Positions 19,320 through 28,765 of a DNA stretch of 64,000 bases are shown in pieces; the first letter of the stretch is position 1; the number at the start of each line of letters is the position of its first letter. The DNA is taken from positions 191,067 through 255,066 of the forward strand of contig JAQUSN010000001.1 of the NCBI GenBank assembly GCA_028715115.1. The letters are read 5' to 3'. A model generated the notes under the pieces. That model saw only the letters and a list, made by a program, of their open reading frames with translations. It did not search any database and had not been told where the DNA came from. The stretch comes from Patescibacteria group bacterium (GTDB lineage Bacteria > Patescibacteriota > Patescibacteriia > UBA2591 > UBA4787). The translations under genes and the position numbers were made by a program.

Positions 19320-20360
19320 TTACAATATTTTTTGATCTTCTTTCCCAGCGGCGCGAACCTTGTCCCAAACCGCGTTTTTAATATCTTTGATAATTTTCGG
19401 ATTTTGTTTTAAAAAGTCGCGCGCGTTTTCTCGACCGACGCCGAGCTTAACTTCGCCATAGAGATAAGTGTTGCCGGACTTTTTAATAATTTTACGATTG
19501 GTCGCCGTATCAAGTACGTCGCCGGCCAGAGAAATGCCTTCATTATACATAATATCAAACTCGCAGGTTTTAAATGGCGGAGCTACTTTATTTTTAACAA
19601 TTTTAACCTTAACTTGATTGCCAACAGTTTCGTCGCCTTTTTTAATTTGTTGAGCGCGGCGAACTTCAATGCGACAGGAAGAATAAAATTTTAAAGCCGT
19701 ACCGCCTGGAGTCGTTTCCGGATTGCCAAAGAAGACGCCGATTTTTTGGCGGATCTGGTTAATAAAAATAACAGTGGTTTTACTTTTACTGACTATGCCT
19801 GTTAGTTTTCTTAATGCCTGGCTCATGAGCCGGGCCTGTAGGCCGATAAATTGATCGCCCATTTCTCCTTCAATTTCCACTCGCGGAGTCAAAGCTGCAA
19901 CCGAGTCAATTACAATAACATCGACGCCGTTTGAACGAACTAGTGTTTCGACGATCTCGAGCGCTTGTTCGCCAGTGTCGGGCTGAGAGATTAAAAGGTC
20001 ATTAATTTTTACGCCTATTTTTTGCGCATAATCAGGATCAAGCGCATGTTCGGCATCGACGAAAGCGGCTACGCCGCCAATTTTTTGTACTTCAGCGACC
20101 ATATGTAGGGCTAGCGTTGTTTTGCCGCTCATTTCTGGACCAAATACTTCAATAATTCTGCCACGCGGTATGCCGCCTACGCCCAAGGCTAAATCAAGAG
20201 ACAAGCAGCCGGTAGAAACGGCATCAATGTCCATTCTTTTGGCTTCACCAAGCCTCATAATCGAGCCGTCGCCAAATTTTGTTTTGATTTGGTCAATAGC
20301 TGCTTGAGCTGCTTTGGCTCGGTCATCATTAATGTCTTTTATTTCATCTTTTTTTGCCAT
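19320..20360 (-). CDS. recA: Recombinase RecA
   Basis: 346 aa, GPESSGKTT-like Walker A ([13 protein letters not shown]), and conserved RecA core throughout. Confidence 0.95.
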   Translation of the reverse strand: MAKKDEIKDINDDRAKAAQAAIDQIKTKFGDGSIMRLGEAKRMDIDAVSTGCLSLDLALGVGGIPRGRIIEVFGPEMSGKTTLALHMVAEVQKIGGVAAFVDAEHALDPDYAQKIGVKINDLLISQPDTGEQALEIVETLVRSNGVDVIVIDSVAALTPRVEIEGEMGDQFIGLQARLMSQALRKLTGIVSKSKTTVIFINQIRQKIGVFFGNPETTPGGTALKFYSSCRIEVRRAQQIKKGDETVGNQVKVKIVKNKVAPPFKTCEFDIMYNEGISLAGDVLDTATNRKIIKKSGNTYLYGEVKLGVGRENARDFLKQNPKIIKDIKNAVWDKVRAAGKEDQKIL

Positions 20361-20389
20361 AAATTATTTTTTACTATTTAAAATTTGAA

Positions 20390-21121
20390 TTATTCTTTAA
20401 CAAAAATTTGGCGCCAAACCACAGACTCAGGACTATTTTTTTTCTTAGCCGAAATCTTAATCATATTTATGCCCGGCACAAGCATTAATTCCTCTTCAAA
20501 GGTGTTATTCTCAAGCTTGGTTATTGATTGATTGTTAATTTTTACAATCGCGTCTTTCTCGGTCACACCCTTAATAATAATATTTTTCTGGCCAATTTCA
20601 ATATTATTATTGGGTTCAGTAACTTTAAGGCGGGGCGGTAAAAATGGTTGGGCGATGACCGTGGTAAAATAAACAACTAACCCCAAAGCCAAAACTGCAC
20701 CGCCAATTTTTTGTAAATTAGTATTGGAAATTTTTTTGGCCCTAGGCAGGTGTAGTTCGGCTGGCTGTTTAATTGGATTAAAATTTGATTTTTTTTGCAG
20801 TGGTCCGAAAAACGGCAGTCCTTTTTGCGCGCGGGAGTTTTTTATGACGCGCTGTTTAATCTCAGAAAAATAATTTTCTCTACGAAACAGAGGCATCAAC
20901 TCCTGAGCGTTAAGGCCTAAAAATTCTGCATAGTGTTCTAAAAATCCTCTGGCATAGGTCGGGCTGGGCAGCTCAAAGTAGTCAGAATTTTCTAGGGCTG
21001 AAAGATATTTTTCGGCAATTTTTGTTTTTTTGGCCACTTCATCTAGGCGCCAGCCAAGGCCAAGCCGGGCCTGTTTTAATAATGTGCCTAAGTTTTCTGT
21101 TTGCGCTTGACCAACGGCCAT
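20390..21121 (-). CDS. RodZ-like helix-turn-helix membrane protein
   Basis: The N-terminal XRE-type HTH matches the RodZ pattern (LKQARLGLGWRLDEVAKKTKI...YARGFLEHYAEFLGL), followed by a TM segment and a C-terminal domain. Confidence 0.5.
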   Translation of the reverse strand: MAVGQAQTENLGTLLKQARLGLGWRLDEVAKKTKIAEKYLSALENSDYFELPSPTYARGFLEHYAEFLGLNAQELMPLFRRENYFSEIKQRVIKNSRAQKGLPFFGPLQKKSNFNPIKQPAELHLPRAKKISNTNLQKIGGAVLALGLVVYFTTVIAQPFLPPRLKVTEPNNNIEIGQKNIIIKGVTEKDAIVKINNQSITKLENNTFEEELMLVPGINMIKISAKKKNSPESVVWRQIFVKE

Positions 21122-21124
21122 AAA

Positions 21125-22021
21125 TTAAAGATTAAGATATTTTTTCATCGCCGCGCTAGCCGCCAGCCAGCAGGTTAGAATGGTGAAAATAAGCGGCCCG
21201 CCAAAAACATACAAGGCGTGATTTACTAGATATGAAAATAGGGTCGTGGACATGCCTAAGAATGTCGATAGTTGCGGTTGAAGCTTTAAGACTATTAGCA
21301 AAAATAATGAGCCGCTGATAATTAGGGCGATAAAAATACTAATTAAAATTTCCACTAAAAATGGACCTTGGATTGACCAGCCAGTGGCGCCAACCAATCG
21401 CATCATTCTTATTTCTTCCAGTCGCCCGTAGACGCTCAAACGGATGGCGTTGAAAATCATTAAAATAACAATGGCGAAAAATAAGGCGCTTAAAATAAAA
21501 CCCAAAAATTTTATTTTTCGACCAAGAAAATCGATTTTATTAATCAATTGTTGATAATTACCAAAATCTTTTTCTTGAATCACGTCTTCATAGCGCGCAC
21601 TGGTCACCAATTGTAAAACAGGATTAACATCAGCATCAGATTTTATTTTCACCAAAAATGTCGGCCCAAAAGGATTCTGGTTTATTTCTTCCAAAGATTT
21701 AATGACGTCAGGATTGTTTTGGTGGCGCTGTTTAAATTGCTCTAAGGCCTGTTGTGGACTAATAACTGCGACGCTTTCGACTTGCGAAAAATTTTCCAAA
21801 TCCGTTTTCAGGGCGTTTAAGTTGATCTCTGTTACTTGCGGGTAAAGATAAAGGCTTAGGTCGGCTTTGGCGCGAATCGAGCTAACCGTTTCTTTGACCA
21901 AAATATTAAGTGAAATCAAAAAAGAAAAAGAAAAAAATAAAAGAATTAAAATAATAATGACCGCGCCAGACAGCCAAAAATTTCTTCTAAAATTTTGCCA
22001 ACCGTATTTAAGTGACTGCAT
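21125..22021 (-). CDS. ftsX: FtsX-like permease (cell-division ABC transporter permease family)
   Basis: 298 aa with the topology N-terminal TM, extracytoplasmic domain, then three C-terminal TMs. No ftsE is adjacent. Confidence 0.5.
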   Translation of the reverse strand: MQSLKYGWQNFRRNFWLSGAVIIILILLFFSFSFLISLNILVKETVSSIRAKADLSLYLYPQVTEINLNALKTDLENFSQVESVAVISPQQALEQFKQRHQNNPDVIKSLEEINQNPFGPTFLVKIKSDADVNPVLQLVTSARYEDVIQEKDFGNYQQLINKIDFLGRKIKFLGFILSALFFAIVILMIFNAIRLSVYGRLEEIRMMRLVGATGWSIQGPFLVEILISIFIALIISGSLFLLIVLKLQPQLSTFLGMSTTLFSYLVNHALYVFGGPLIFTILTCWLAASAAMKKYLNL

Positions 22022-22196
22022 ACTATGAATAGAAAATAGAACTTAGAATCTACCCGGCATAGCCAGGGGGTGAAGTTTGACCCTCTTTTATTGCGATATA
22101 TTTAAAGCGCTAAAATAATAGTGAATTAAATATTTTTAGGATAAATATTTATCAAGATTGAATTCAAGCAATGTCAAATTTCTACCAACTGGCATA

Positions 22197-23594
22197 CTAT
22201 TTTTTATTTCTTAAACAAATGTTTATTTCTTTGAGTTGTTCTTCGGTCATCTCGCTCGGCGCTTCCATCATCAGGTCCTTGGCGTCAGTAGTTTTAGGAA
22301 ATGGAATAACTTCACGGATATTGGGTTCGTTGGCCAAAATCATAACAAGACGGTCAATACCCGGCGCCATGCCTCCATGTGGAGGAGTCCCATATTCAAA
22401 CGCCTCCAACATATGGCCGAATCGAGCCTGGATTAATTCTTTAGATAAACCTAAGAGTTCAAAAATCTTTTGCTGTAGTTCACGCTGATGAATACGGATA
22501 GATCCACTAGACAGTTCATATCCATTTAACACTAAATCATAGGATGCCGCTCGAACACGTAAGGGATCAGTATCGAGCAATGAAACATCCTCTGGATTTG
22601 GCATACAAAATGGATGATGTGTAGCCTGAAGGTCTCCGCCCTCTACTGGTTCAAACATAGGAAAATCTACGATCCAGCAAAAAGCTAATTCATCGGGGTT
22701 TGTTTTGTCCTTTCTCAAGTCGGGCTTATCGTTTCCATATTTTTCTATGGCTTCCTGATATGAAATGCGAGGAAACGGAACGGTTGTGACGATTTTTTTC
22801 GGCGCGACAGTTTTGATTAATTCAATGAACATTCGTTCATTTAAGGCTAGCACGTCTTCCTGGTTAACAAACGACATCTCTAGGTCTAGTTGTGTGAACT
22901 CTGGTTGGCGATCACCGCGCGCATCTTCATCGCGAAAACAGCGGGCCAACTGAAAATAACGCTCGATACCGCCGACCATTAGTAGTTGTTTAAATTGTTG
23001 CGGCGATTGGGGCAAGACGTAAAATTTTCCCGGATATAAACGTGATGGCACGGCAAATTCGCGTGCACCCTCTGGCGTGCCCTTGGTTAAAATCGGCGTT
23101 TCAACTTCCAAAAAACCCTCCCGATTTAAGTAGTCGCGGAAAAATTGGCAAACTTGACTGCGTAAAATTAAATTATTTTTTACTCTTTCGTGACGCAGAT
23201 CTAAATAACGATATTTTAATCGCAGCTCTTCATTGGCGGCGATAATTTCATTATCAATGGTAAATGGCGGAGTTTTGGCTTCGGATAAAATGGTTAATTT
23301 TTTTGCTAAAATTTCTATTGAGCCAGTCAACATTTCTTGATTAATTTGATTCTTTGGTCGGGCATTAACTATACCTTCGATTTCAACGACAAATTCCGGA
23401 CGAATTTTTTTAACTGCCTCATTTGATTGTTCATCAAGTTCTTGCGGGACGAAAACTACTTGCGCTAAACTGCTGCGATCTCTCAAATCAATAAAAACGA
23501 TTTTGCCCATATTGCGGCGAGTATTAACCCAGCCCTTAAGCAAAACCTTTTCGCCGACTTTATTAACTGCGTCTTTTGTCCAAATACGATTCAT
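22197..23594 (-). CDS. aspS: Aspartate--tRNA ligase, short form lacking the GAD insertion domain
   Basis: Class IIb motif 2 CFRDEDARGDRQPEFTQLDLEMSF (bacterial AspRS type), N-terminal OB anticodon-binding domain, 465 aa. Confidence 0.8.
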   Translation of the reverse strand: MNRIWTKDAVNKVGEKVLLKGWVNTRRNMGKIVFIDLRDRSSLAQVVFVPQELDEQSNEAVKKIRPEFVVEIEGIVNARPKNQINQEMLTGSIEILAKKLTILSEAKTPPFTIDNEIIAANEELRLKYRYLDLRHERVKNNLILRSQVCQFFRDYLNREGFLEVETPILTKGTPEGAREFAVPSRLYPGKFYVLPQSPQQFKQLLMVGGIERYFQLARCFRDEDARGDRQPEFTQLDLEMSFVNQEDVLALNERMFIELIKTVAPKKIVTTVPFPRISYQEAIEKYGNDKPDLRKDKTNPDELAFCWIVDFPMFEPVEGGDLQATHHPFCMPNPEDVSLLDTDPLRVRAASYDLVLNGYELSSGSIRIHQRELQQKIFELLGLSKELIQARFGHMLEAFEYGTPPHGGMAPGIDRLVMILANEPNIREVIPFPKTTDAKDLMMEAPSEMTEEQLKEINICLRNKK

Positions 23595-23641
23595 AAATTA
23601 TGAAACAAAATTTAAGTAGTAATAGTATAACATAAAAATAC

Positions 23642-23674
23642 AAAAAAAGAAGAGCCCACCCCGAAGGGTGGGCT
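23642..23674 (-). terminator. Terminator of the islet-C gene
   Basis: agcccaccc-cgaa-gggtgggct hairpin followed by a U-run on the minus strand. Confidence 0.7.
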
Positions 23675-23690
23675 TGATTGACGAAGTGGA

Positions 23691-24266
23691 CTAGGAGACT
23701 TCTGCTTTCTCGGTTTGCCTGAGACCGAGAACCAGCGCCCAGACACCCAGGACGGGCAGGTAGACCCTAGCTATCCAGTCGAAGACGGCTGTGGCGTTCT
23801 CTATTTTGCCAATGGTATCTGTGAGCTTGGACAGCCAGAGCATCAGGATGATCACGCATAGGCCGACGGTCAGGATCAGTCCGAGAGCCTTCTTTTCGCC
23901 CAGGTAGAAACGGACGGCGACGAAGAAGATGGCGACGATCATGGCCGGTTCGATCCAGATGAGCGAAGCGGTGAGCTCGGATGATGGGTAGAGCATGAGG
24001 CCCAGGCCCAGGTAGAACCAGAAAGCGCAGAACATGCCGATCAGGATGCTGGCCGGCGTGTCTTTGGCCTTGAACACGGTGTAGCCGAGTCCCGCCAGAT
24101 GAAACAGGCCGCCGAACAGGATCAGTGACAGTCCGGTCGGGCCGTTCGGCATCATGCCGAATTTGCCCAGGATCGGTTGCCACTTGATGCCGGAGTAGAG
24201 CGCGCAGAGCAGGAAAATGCTCAACAGCACGAATCCGACTGACGAGAACCTCTTTTTGTCATCCAT
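23691..24266 (-). CDS. GC-rich islet C: polytopic membrane protein (about 6 TM), unknown function
   Basis: 191 aa at about 56% GC with GGAGGcaaaATG. The promoter is TTGACA-16-TAAAAT at 24332-24359 on the minus strand. Confidence 0.55.
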   Translation of the reverse strand: MDDKKRFSSVGFVLLSIFLLCALYSGIKWQPILGKFGMMPNGPTGLSLILFGGLFHLAGLGYTVFKAKDTPASILIGMFCAFWFYLGLGLMLYPSSELTASLIWIEPAMIVAIFFVAVRFYLGEKKALGLILTVGLCVIILMLWLSKLTDTIGKIENATAVFDWIARVYLPVLGVWALVLGLRQTEKAEVS

Positions 24267-24331
24267 TTTGCCTCCTTGTGGTTAAAGGGACGACCTTCGA
24301 ATTATACGGATTTCTTTTAGAACTGATTTGA

Positions 24332-24359
24332 ATTTTAGCAGATTTTCGGGCTTTGTCAA
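24332..24359 (-). promoter_or_regulatory. Promoter of the islet-C gene
   Basis: The reverse complement reads cTTGACAaagcccgaaaatctgcTAAAAT. Confidence 0.55.
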
Positions 24360-24403
24360 GATTAATAAAAATATATTTTTTAAAAGATTTTTGTGGAAAA
24401 TTA

Positions 24404-24431
24404 TTGACAAATTTTCCATTTTAAATATAAT
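24404..24431 (+). promoter_or_regulatory. Promoter of the tRNA-Gly/tRNA-Leu pair (TTGACA-16-TATAAT) embedded in a 9-bp-arm inverted repeat (24394-24418)
   Basis: ttgacaaattttccattttaaaTATAAT. The inverted repeat tggaaaatt/aattttcca brackets the -35. Confidence 0.55.
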
Positions 24432-24446
24432 AATTATATTCAAGAT

Positions 24447-24521
24447 GCGGGTGTAGTTCAGCAGTAGAACGTCTCCTTGCCAAGGAGAAGGCCGTGGGTG
24501 CGAATCCCATCACCCGCTCCA
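24447..24521 (+). tRNA. tRNA-Gly (anticodon GCC)
   Basis: GCGGGTG...anticodon loop UUGCCAA...CACCCGC-U-CCA; the CCA tail is encoded. Confidence 0.85.
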
Positions 24522-24528
24522 TATATTT

Positions 24529-24615
24529 GCCGCGGTGGCGGAACTGGTATACGCGTTGGACTTAAAATCCAATGATCGTAAGATCTTGAGGGTTCGAGTC
24601 CCTCCCGCGGCACCA
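24529..24615 (+). tRNA. tRNA-Leu (anticodon UAA), long variable arm
   Basis: GCCGCGG TGGCGGAACTGGTATACGCG...loop ACUUAAAAU...long extra arm...GGTTCGAGTCC...CCGCGGC-A-CCA. Confidence 0.85.
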
Positions 24616-24747
24616 TTAATAAAAAAATTTTTCTTTTATCGCCAAGTGAGCGAGAGACAAAGAAAAATTTATTTTTATTTTCCAAGCGAACGCTGGCAAC
24701 AAACGGCGAAGCCTTTTATTTTTTTCTCTATTTAGTATAATTCAGTT

Positions 24748-25353
24748 ATGAATATTTCTGATTTTTTCGGTTTAATTGCCGGAATTGTTGCCGTCATAGC
24801 TTACGGACTATATTTTAGGCAAGCCGTAAAAGGGAGCTCCACTCCGAATCCTTCTACCTGGGCAATTTGGGTTTTAATCGGCATTATTAATTCGTTTACT
24901 TACTTTTCTTTAGTTGCTAACGATTGGCGGCAGGGATTGGTGGTTTTAACCGCAGCCACTTTTTCTTTAATAACTTTTATTTACTCATTATTTCGAGGAA
25001 GGTTTTCTAGGATTTCAAAAATAGAAATAATAACTTTTATTTTAGCAGTACTTATAGGGATTTTTTGGCGATTTACAGCTAACGACAGAATGGCCAATTT
25101 ATTTTTGCAGGCGATTTACGTCATTTCATATATTCCCACCATCTCGGGTTTAGCCAGAGGTAGGGCTAAAGAGGGTTATGTGGCTTGGGTTGTGGCTTGC
25201 GTGGCTTATTTGCTTTCGGCTATTACCGTAGCCACTAATCCAAGGGCTGATTGGATTGCCTTGGTCTTCCCGCTGGTAAATGGTTTATTGGGTAATGGCA
25301 CGATCGCCGTTTTAACGATTTACAAACAAAGAGTACAAAATAATACATTATAA
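24748..25353 (+). CDS. Membrane protein of unknown function (6-7 TM)
   Basis: 201-aa hydrophobic ORF. TATAAT lies 8 nt upstream of the ATG, so the mRNA is probably leaderless. Confidence 0.5.
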   Translation: MNISDFFGLIAGIVAVIAYGLYFRQAVKGSSTPNPSTWAIWVLIGIINSFTYFSLVANDWRQGLVVLTAATFSLITFIYSLFRGRFSRISKIEIITFILAVLIGIFWRFTANDRMANLFLQAIYVISYIPTISGLARGRAKEGYVAWVVACVAYLLSAITVATNPRADWIALVFPLVNGLLGNGTIAVLTIYKQRVQNNTL

Positions 25354-25357
25354 AAAT

Positions 25358-25441
25358 GCCGAAGTGGCGGAACTGGTATACGCGCATGGCTTAGGACCAT
25401 GTGGGAGAAATCCCTTGGGAGTTCGAGTCTCCCCTTCGGCA
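25358..25441 (+). tRNA. tRNA-Leu (anticodon UAG)
   Basis: GCCGAAG TGGCGGAACTGGTATACGCG CATGG-CTTAGGA-CCATG...GAGTTCGAGTCTCC CCTTCGGC-A. Confidence 0.85.
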
Positions 25442-25467
25442 TTTTAAACGTGATTTGTCAATTAAAA

Positions 25468-25497
25468 CAAAAAGACGTTTCAAAACGTCTTTTTGCA
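25468..25497. terminator. Bidirectional terminator between tRNA-Leu(UAG) and rpmA
   Basis: aaaagacgtttcaaaacgtctttt hairpin with U-runs on both strands. Confidence 0.6.
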
Positions 25498-25512
25498 TAT
25501 TTTATAAAGCTC

Positions 25513-25800
25513 TTATTTTGTTTTTACCGCAGCTACGCTGACGATCTTGGCCTTGCGCAAAGCGCCGTTGAAACGAATCAGTTTTTTGGTATTAAATTTA
25601 ACCACGCCGGCCGTAGCAGCGTATAAAGTATCGTCTACTCCGCGGCGAACGTTTTTACCTGGTCTAAATTTGGTGCCGCGTTGGCGAATTATAATCATGC
25701 CGGCCTTGATTTTCTGGCCGTCTTGAATTTTTACTCCCAGCCGTTGACCGTGTGAATCCCGACCGAGCGATGTAGAGCCGCCTGCTTTCTTGTGTGACAT
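25513..25800 (-). CDS. rpmA: 50S ribosomal protein L27 (with C-terminal extension)
   Basis: [46 protein letters not shown]. Confidence 0.88.
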   Translation of the reverse strand: MSHKKAGGSTSLGRDSHGQRLGVKIQDGQKIKAGMIIIRQRGTKFRPGKNVRRGVDDTLYAATAGVVKFNTKKLIRFNGALRKAKIVSVAAVKTK

Positions 25801-26066
25801 ATATAAGTCTTAAATTAGTAGGTTAATTGAAGCAATCAATATAATAGAAAATTATTATAAACTTGTCAAGTATAATTTTTGCATTATAATATGTTTAGCT
25901 TAACTAGTCAATCCCTCTCTTGGAAATTTTAATCAGACCCGCGATTGGCTTTTATTACTTTTTAATTAGTTAAATCCCCGATAGGTTAATCTATAAAATC
26001 GGTTTATGAATGGTCTACCTGAAAAAACCAATCAAAATTTCCAGGCGAGGGAGTTAAATAATTATT

Positions 26067-26309
26067 ATGGTTATGACCAAAAACATAAAAATTGCCATTG
26101 AAGAAGTTTTAGAAGAAATTCGTCCGATGCTTCATTCGCATGGTGGCGACATCGAATTGGTTGAATGGTTGGAGAAAGGAAAAACGGCTCAAGTCAGATT
26201 TGTTGGCGGTTGTGCTACATGTCCGATGGCACAAATGACCTTTAAAAATTTAGTTGAAGCGAGTTTAAAAGAAAAATTGCCGGAAATTAAAAAAATTGAA
26301 TTAGTATGA
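26067..26309 (+). CDS. NifU-like (Nfu) Fe-S cluster assembly domain protein
   Basis: 80 aa, HGGDIELVEW...VRFVGGCATCPMAQMTFKNLVE (CxxC NifU C-terminal domain). Confidence 0.7.
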   Translation: MVMTKNIKIAIEEVLEEIRPMLHSHGGDIELVEWLEKGKTAQVRFVGGCATCPMAQMTFKNLVEASLKEKLPEIKKIELV

Positions 26310-26677
26310 GCCTAGAAGCAGTTGTAAAAAAACTGAGACAGCAAAAGTTTTGGCACGACAGAAACGCCACAACGCCGCTTTTAATTGCCTTAATAATTAA
26401 CGTCATTAATTGGCCCTATCTTTATTTTCAAATGAGGCATTCGGGCCAATTAGTCCCTCTACGTTATAATATTTTAAATGGTGTTGGCGCGATTGGCCAC
26501 TGGACGAAGCTTTTTGCTTTACCGTTTTATGCAATTTTGATTTTTATTTTTAATGGCCTTTTAATTTATAAATTTTATCAAAAAGAAGACCGTTTTATTT
26601 TACGGCTGCTTTTAATTACGCAAATAGCAACTCAATTGATATTTTTATTGGCGCTCATTTTAATAACTAATCTTTAG
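26306..26677 (+). CDS. Small membrane protein of unknown function
   Basis: 123 aa, 3-4 TM. Its start overlaps the upstream stop (ATGA). Confidence 0.45.
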   Translation: MSLEAVVKKLRQQKFWHDRNATTPLLIALIINVINWPYLYFQMRHSGQLVPLRYNILNGVGAIGHWTKLFALPFYAILIFIFNGLLIYKFYQKEDRFILRLLLITQIATQLIFLLALILITNL

Positions 26678-26682
26678 AATTT

Positions 26683-27726
26683 ATGCTATTTAATCTTATT
26701 AAGGTTTTTTTTCTTAGCACCCTGGCCTTTGTCGTCACTATTCTGTGGACTCCGCTTTTAACAAAATTTTTATATAAGCATAAATTGGGCAAGCAAATCC
26801 GTGACGAAAAAACCGCTCCTATTTTTTCTAAAATGCATCAGGCCAAGACCGGTACGCCGACTATGGGGGGAATGTTGATTTGGGTAACGACCGCAGTTTT
26901 GGCTGTGGTGTTTTTTTATTTAGCCAAGTTTACTAATTTAGATTTTTTTAAGCAGCTTAATTTTCTCGATCGAGGACAGACGTTATTGCTTTTGGGCGTT
27001 TTGATTGCCTCAGCTGTCGTTGGTTTTATTGACGACCTATTTAATGTAAAAAAAATGGGCCCGCGTGGTGGCGGGTTGAAAATGAAACACCGCTTACTTA
27101 TATATACGGCCATTGCTGCAGTGGGCGCTTGGTGGTTTTTCTTCAAACTTGATTGGTATACTATCTATATTCCTTTTGTGGGAAACTTTACTATCGGTTG
27201 GTGGTTTATCCCGCTCTTTATTTTTATCGTTGTCTCGACCGCTTTTTCGGTTAATGAGATTGATGGCTTAGACGGCTTAGCCGGTGGAACATTGTTGACC
27301 GCTTTTGCTGCTTATGGAGCTATTGCTTTTGTTCAGGGTAAATATGATCTGGCCACTTTTTGTGCCGTGATCATTGGATCGCTCGTTGCCTTTTTGTGGT
27401 TTAATATTTTCCCGGCCAGATTTTTTATGGGCGACACAGGCGTCATGTCATTAGGTATCACTCTGGGAGTTTTAGCTATGTTTACTAATTATTTCGCCCT
27501 TTTACCGATTATTGGTTTATTGTTTGTAGTAGAGTCAATATCTGTGATTATTCAACTTCTTTCTAAAAAAATTCGTAAGAAAAAAATATTTTTATCCGCG
27601 CCTATTCACCATCATTTAGAAGCTAAGGGTTGGCCAGAACCAAAGATTGTTATGCGTTTTTGGTTGATTTCCGGCGTGACCGCAGTTTTGGGGTTGCTAA
27701 TATTTTTGATCGATAAACTTATTTAA
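26683..27726 (+). CDS. mraY: Phospho-N-acetylmuramoyl-pentapeptide transferase
   Basis: KxGTPTMGG, DDxxN(V)...D(G)LDGLA, and PIHHHLE motifs of MraY/GT4 polyprenyl-phosphate sugar-phosphate transferases. Confidence 0.85.
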   Translation: MLFNLIKVFFLSTLAFVVTILWTPLLTKFLYKHKLGKQIRDEKTAPIFSKMHQAKTGTPTMGGMLIWVTTAVLAVVFFYLAKFTNLDFFKQLNFLDRGQTLLLLGVLIASAVVGFIDDLFNVKKMGPRGGGLKMKHRLLIYTAIAAVGAWWFFFKLDWYTIYIPFVGNFTIGWWFIPLFIFIVVSTAFSVNEIDGLDGLAGGTLLTAFAAYGAIAFVQGKYDLATFCAVIIGSLVAFLWFNIFPARFFMGDTGVMSLGITLGVLAMFTNYFALLPIIGLLFVVESISVIIQLLSKKIRKKKIFLSAPIHHHLEAKGWPEPKIVMRFWLISGVTAVLGLLIFLIDKLI

Positions 27727-27732
27727 TAATTT

Positions 27733-28674
27733 ATGAAAATTTTGGTTATTGGTTCAACCGGACAGCTTGGTTCGGAGTTGACTCTGGCCTTGCGAAAGAA
27801 ATATGGCGATCAAAACGTGATAGCCGGTATTAATAAAACATTACCAGCCGAAGAACTTAAAAGAGGTCCTTATGAATTTGTCGACGTCAGCAGTCGAGAA
27901 AGTCTAAAAAATGTTATTCAAAAATACCAAATAAACGTCATTTATCATTTGGCGGCCATTTTATCAGCAGTTGGTGAAAAAAATCCGGAATTAGCCTGGC
28001 AAGTAAATATACTTGGTTTAAAAAATGTTCTTGACGTGGCCGTGGCCAATAAAATTGAGCGTGTCTTTTTCCCCAGTTCTATCGCCGCCTTTGGTCCAAA
28101 CACACCCAAAGAAAAAACCCCTCAATATACAGCTATGGATCCAAATACCATGTATGGTCTAACTAAATTGGCCGGTGAATTGCTCTGTCAATATTATTTT
28201 AAAAAATACCAACTTGACGTGCGTAGCGTGCGCTATCCAGGGCTAATTAGTTATAAAACGCAGCCTGGCGGCGGTACGACCGATTATGCAGTGGCGATTT
28301 TTTATGAAGCCCTTAAAACAAAAAGCTATACTTGTTTTGTCAGACAAGATACGGTGCTGCCGATGATGTATATGCCCGATGCAGTCCGCGCCACCTTAGA
28401 ATTAATGGAGGCGCCCAGCGAAAAATTAACCGTGCGTACCAGTTATAATTTATCGGCCATCAGTTTCTCAGTTAAAGATTTAATCAAAGAAATAAAAAAA
28501 TATTTACCTGATTTTTGTTGTGAGTGCAGTCCTGACCACCGGCAAACCATTGCCGACTCCTGGCCCAAGAGCATTGACGATTCTTATGCGCGCCGTGATT
28601 GGGGTTGGCGCCATGAATATGATTTAGCAAAAATGAGCGAAGATATGTTAAAAAATTTGAAAAATATTTTGTAA
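27733..28674 (+). CDS. NAD-dependent epimerase/dehydratase family protein (L-threonine 3-dehydrogenase-like)
   Basis: ILVIGSTGQLG Rossmann motif and a YGLTK catalytic YxxxK. Overall similarity is to extended-SDR TDH/UDP-glucose 4-epimerase-like enzymes. Confidence 0.65.
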   Translation: MKILVIGSTGQLGSELTLALRKKYGDQNVIAGINKTLPAEELKRGPYEFVDVSSRESLKNVIQKYQINVIYHLAAILSAVGEKNPELAWQVNILGLKNVLDVAVANKIERVFFPSSIAAFGPNTPKEKTPQYTAMDPNTMYGLTKLAGELLCQYYFKKYQLDVRSVRYPGLISYKTQPGGGTTDYAVAIFYEALKTKSYTCFVRQDTVLPMMYMPDAVRATLELMEAPSEKLTVRTSYNLSAISFSVKDLIKEIKKYLPDFCCECSPDHRQTIADSWPKSIDDSYARRDWGWRHEYDLAKMSEDMLKNLKNIL

Positions 28675-28701
28675 AAATTATCTATTATATAGCTAAAAAA
28701 T

Positions 28702-28729
28702 AACCCGCAGTTTGCGGGTTGTTTTTTTT
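28702..28729 (+). terminator. Terminator of the epimerase gene
   Basis: aacccgcag-ttt-gcgggtt followed by gttttttttatt. Confidence 0.75.
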
Positions 28730-28730
28730 A

Positions 28731-28758
28731 TTGACAACTATATTTAACGTTTTATAAT
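28731..28758 (+). promoter_or_regulatory. Promoter of the GC-rich element D (TTGACA-16-TATAAT)
   Basis: ttgacaactatatttaacgtttTATAAT. The predicted TSS is about 28766. Confidence 0.6.
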
Positions 28759-28765
28759 TTTAAAT

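Noticed and set aside
22171-22488. Plus-strand ORFs inside aspS
   Set aside because: Antisense to a confidently identified class II aaRS gene.
23767-24183. 138-aa minus-strand ORF overlapping the islet-C membrane protein in another frame
   Set aside because: Arg/Pro-rich low-complexity translation typical of an out-of-frame reading of GC-rich coding DNA. The alternative frame has the SD and a TM profile.
24458-24735. ORFs 24458..24685 (-) and 24535..24735 (+)
   Set aside because: They lie on top of tRNA-Gly(GCC) and tRNA-Leu(UAA).
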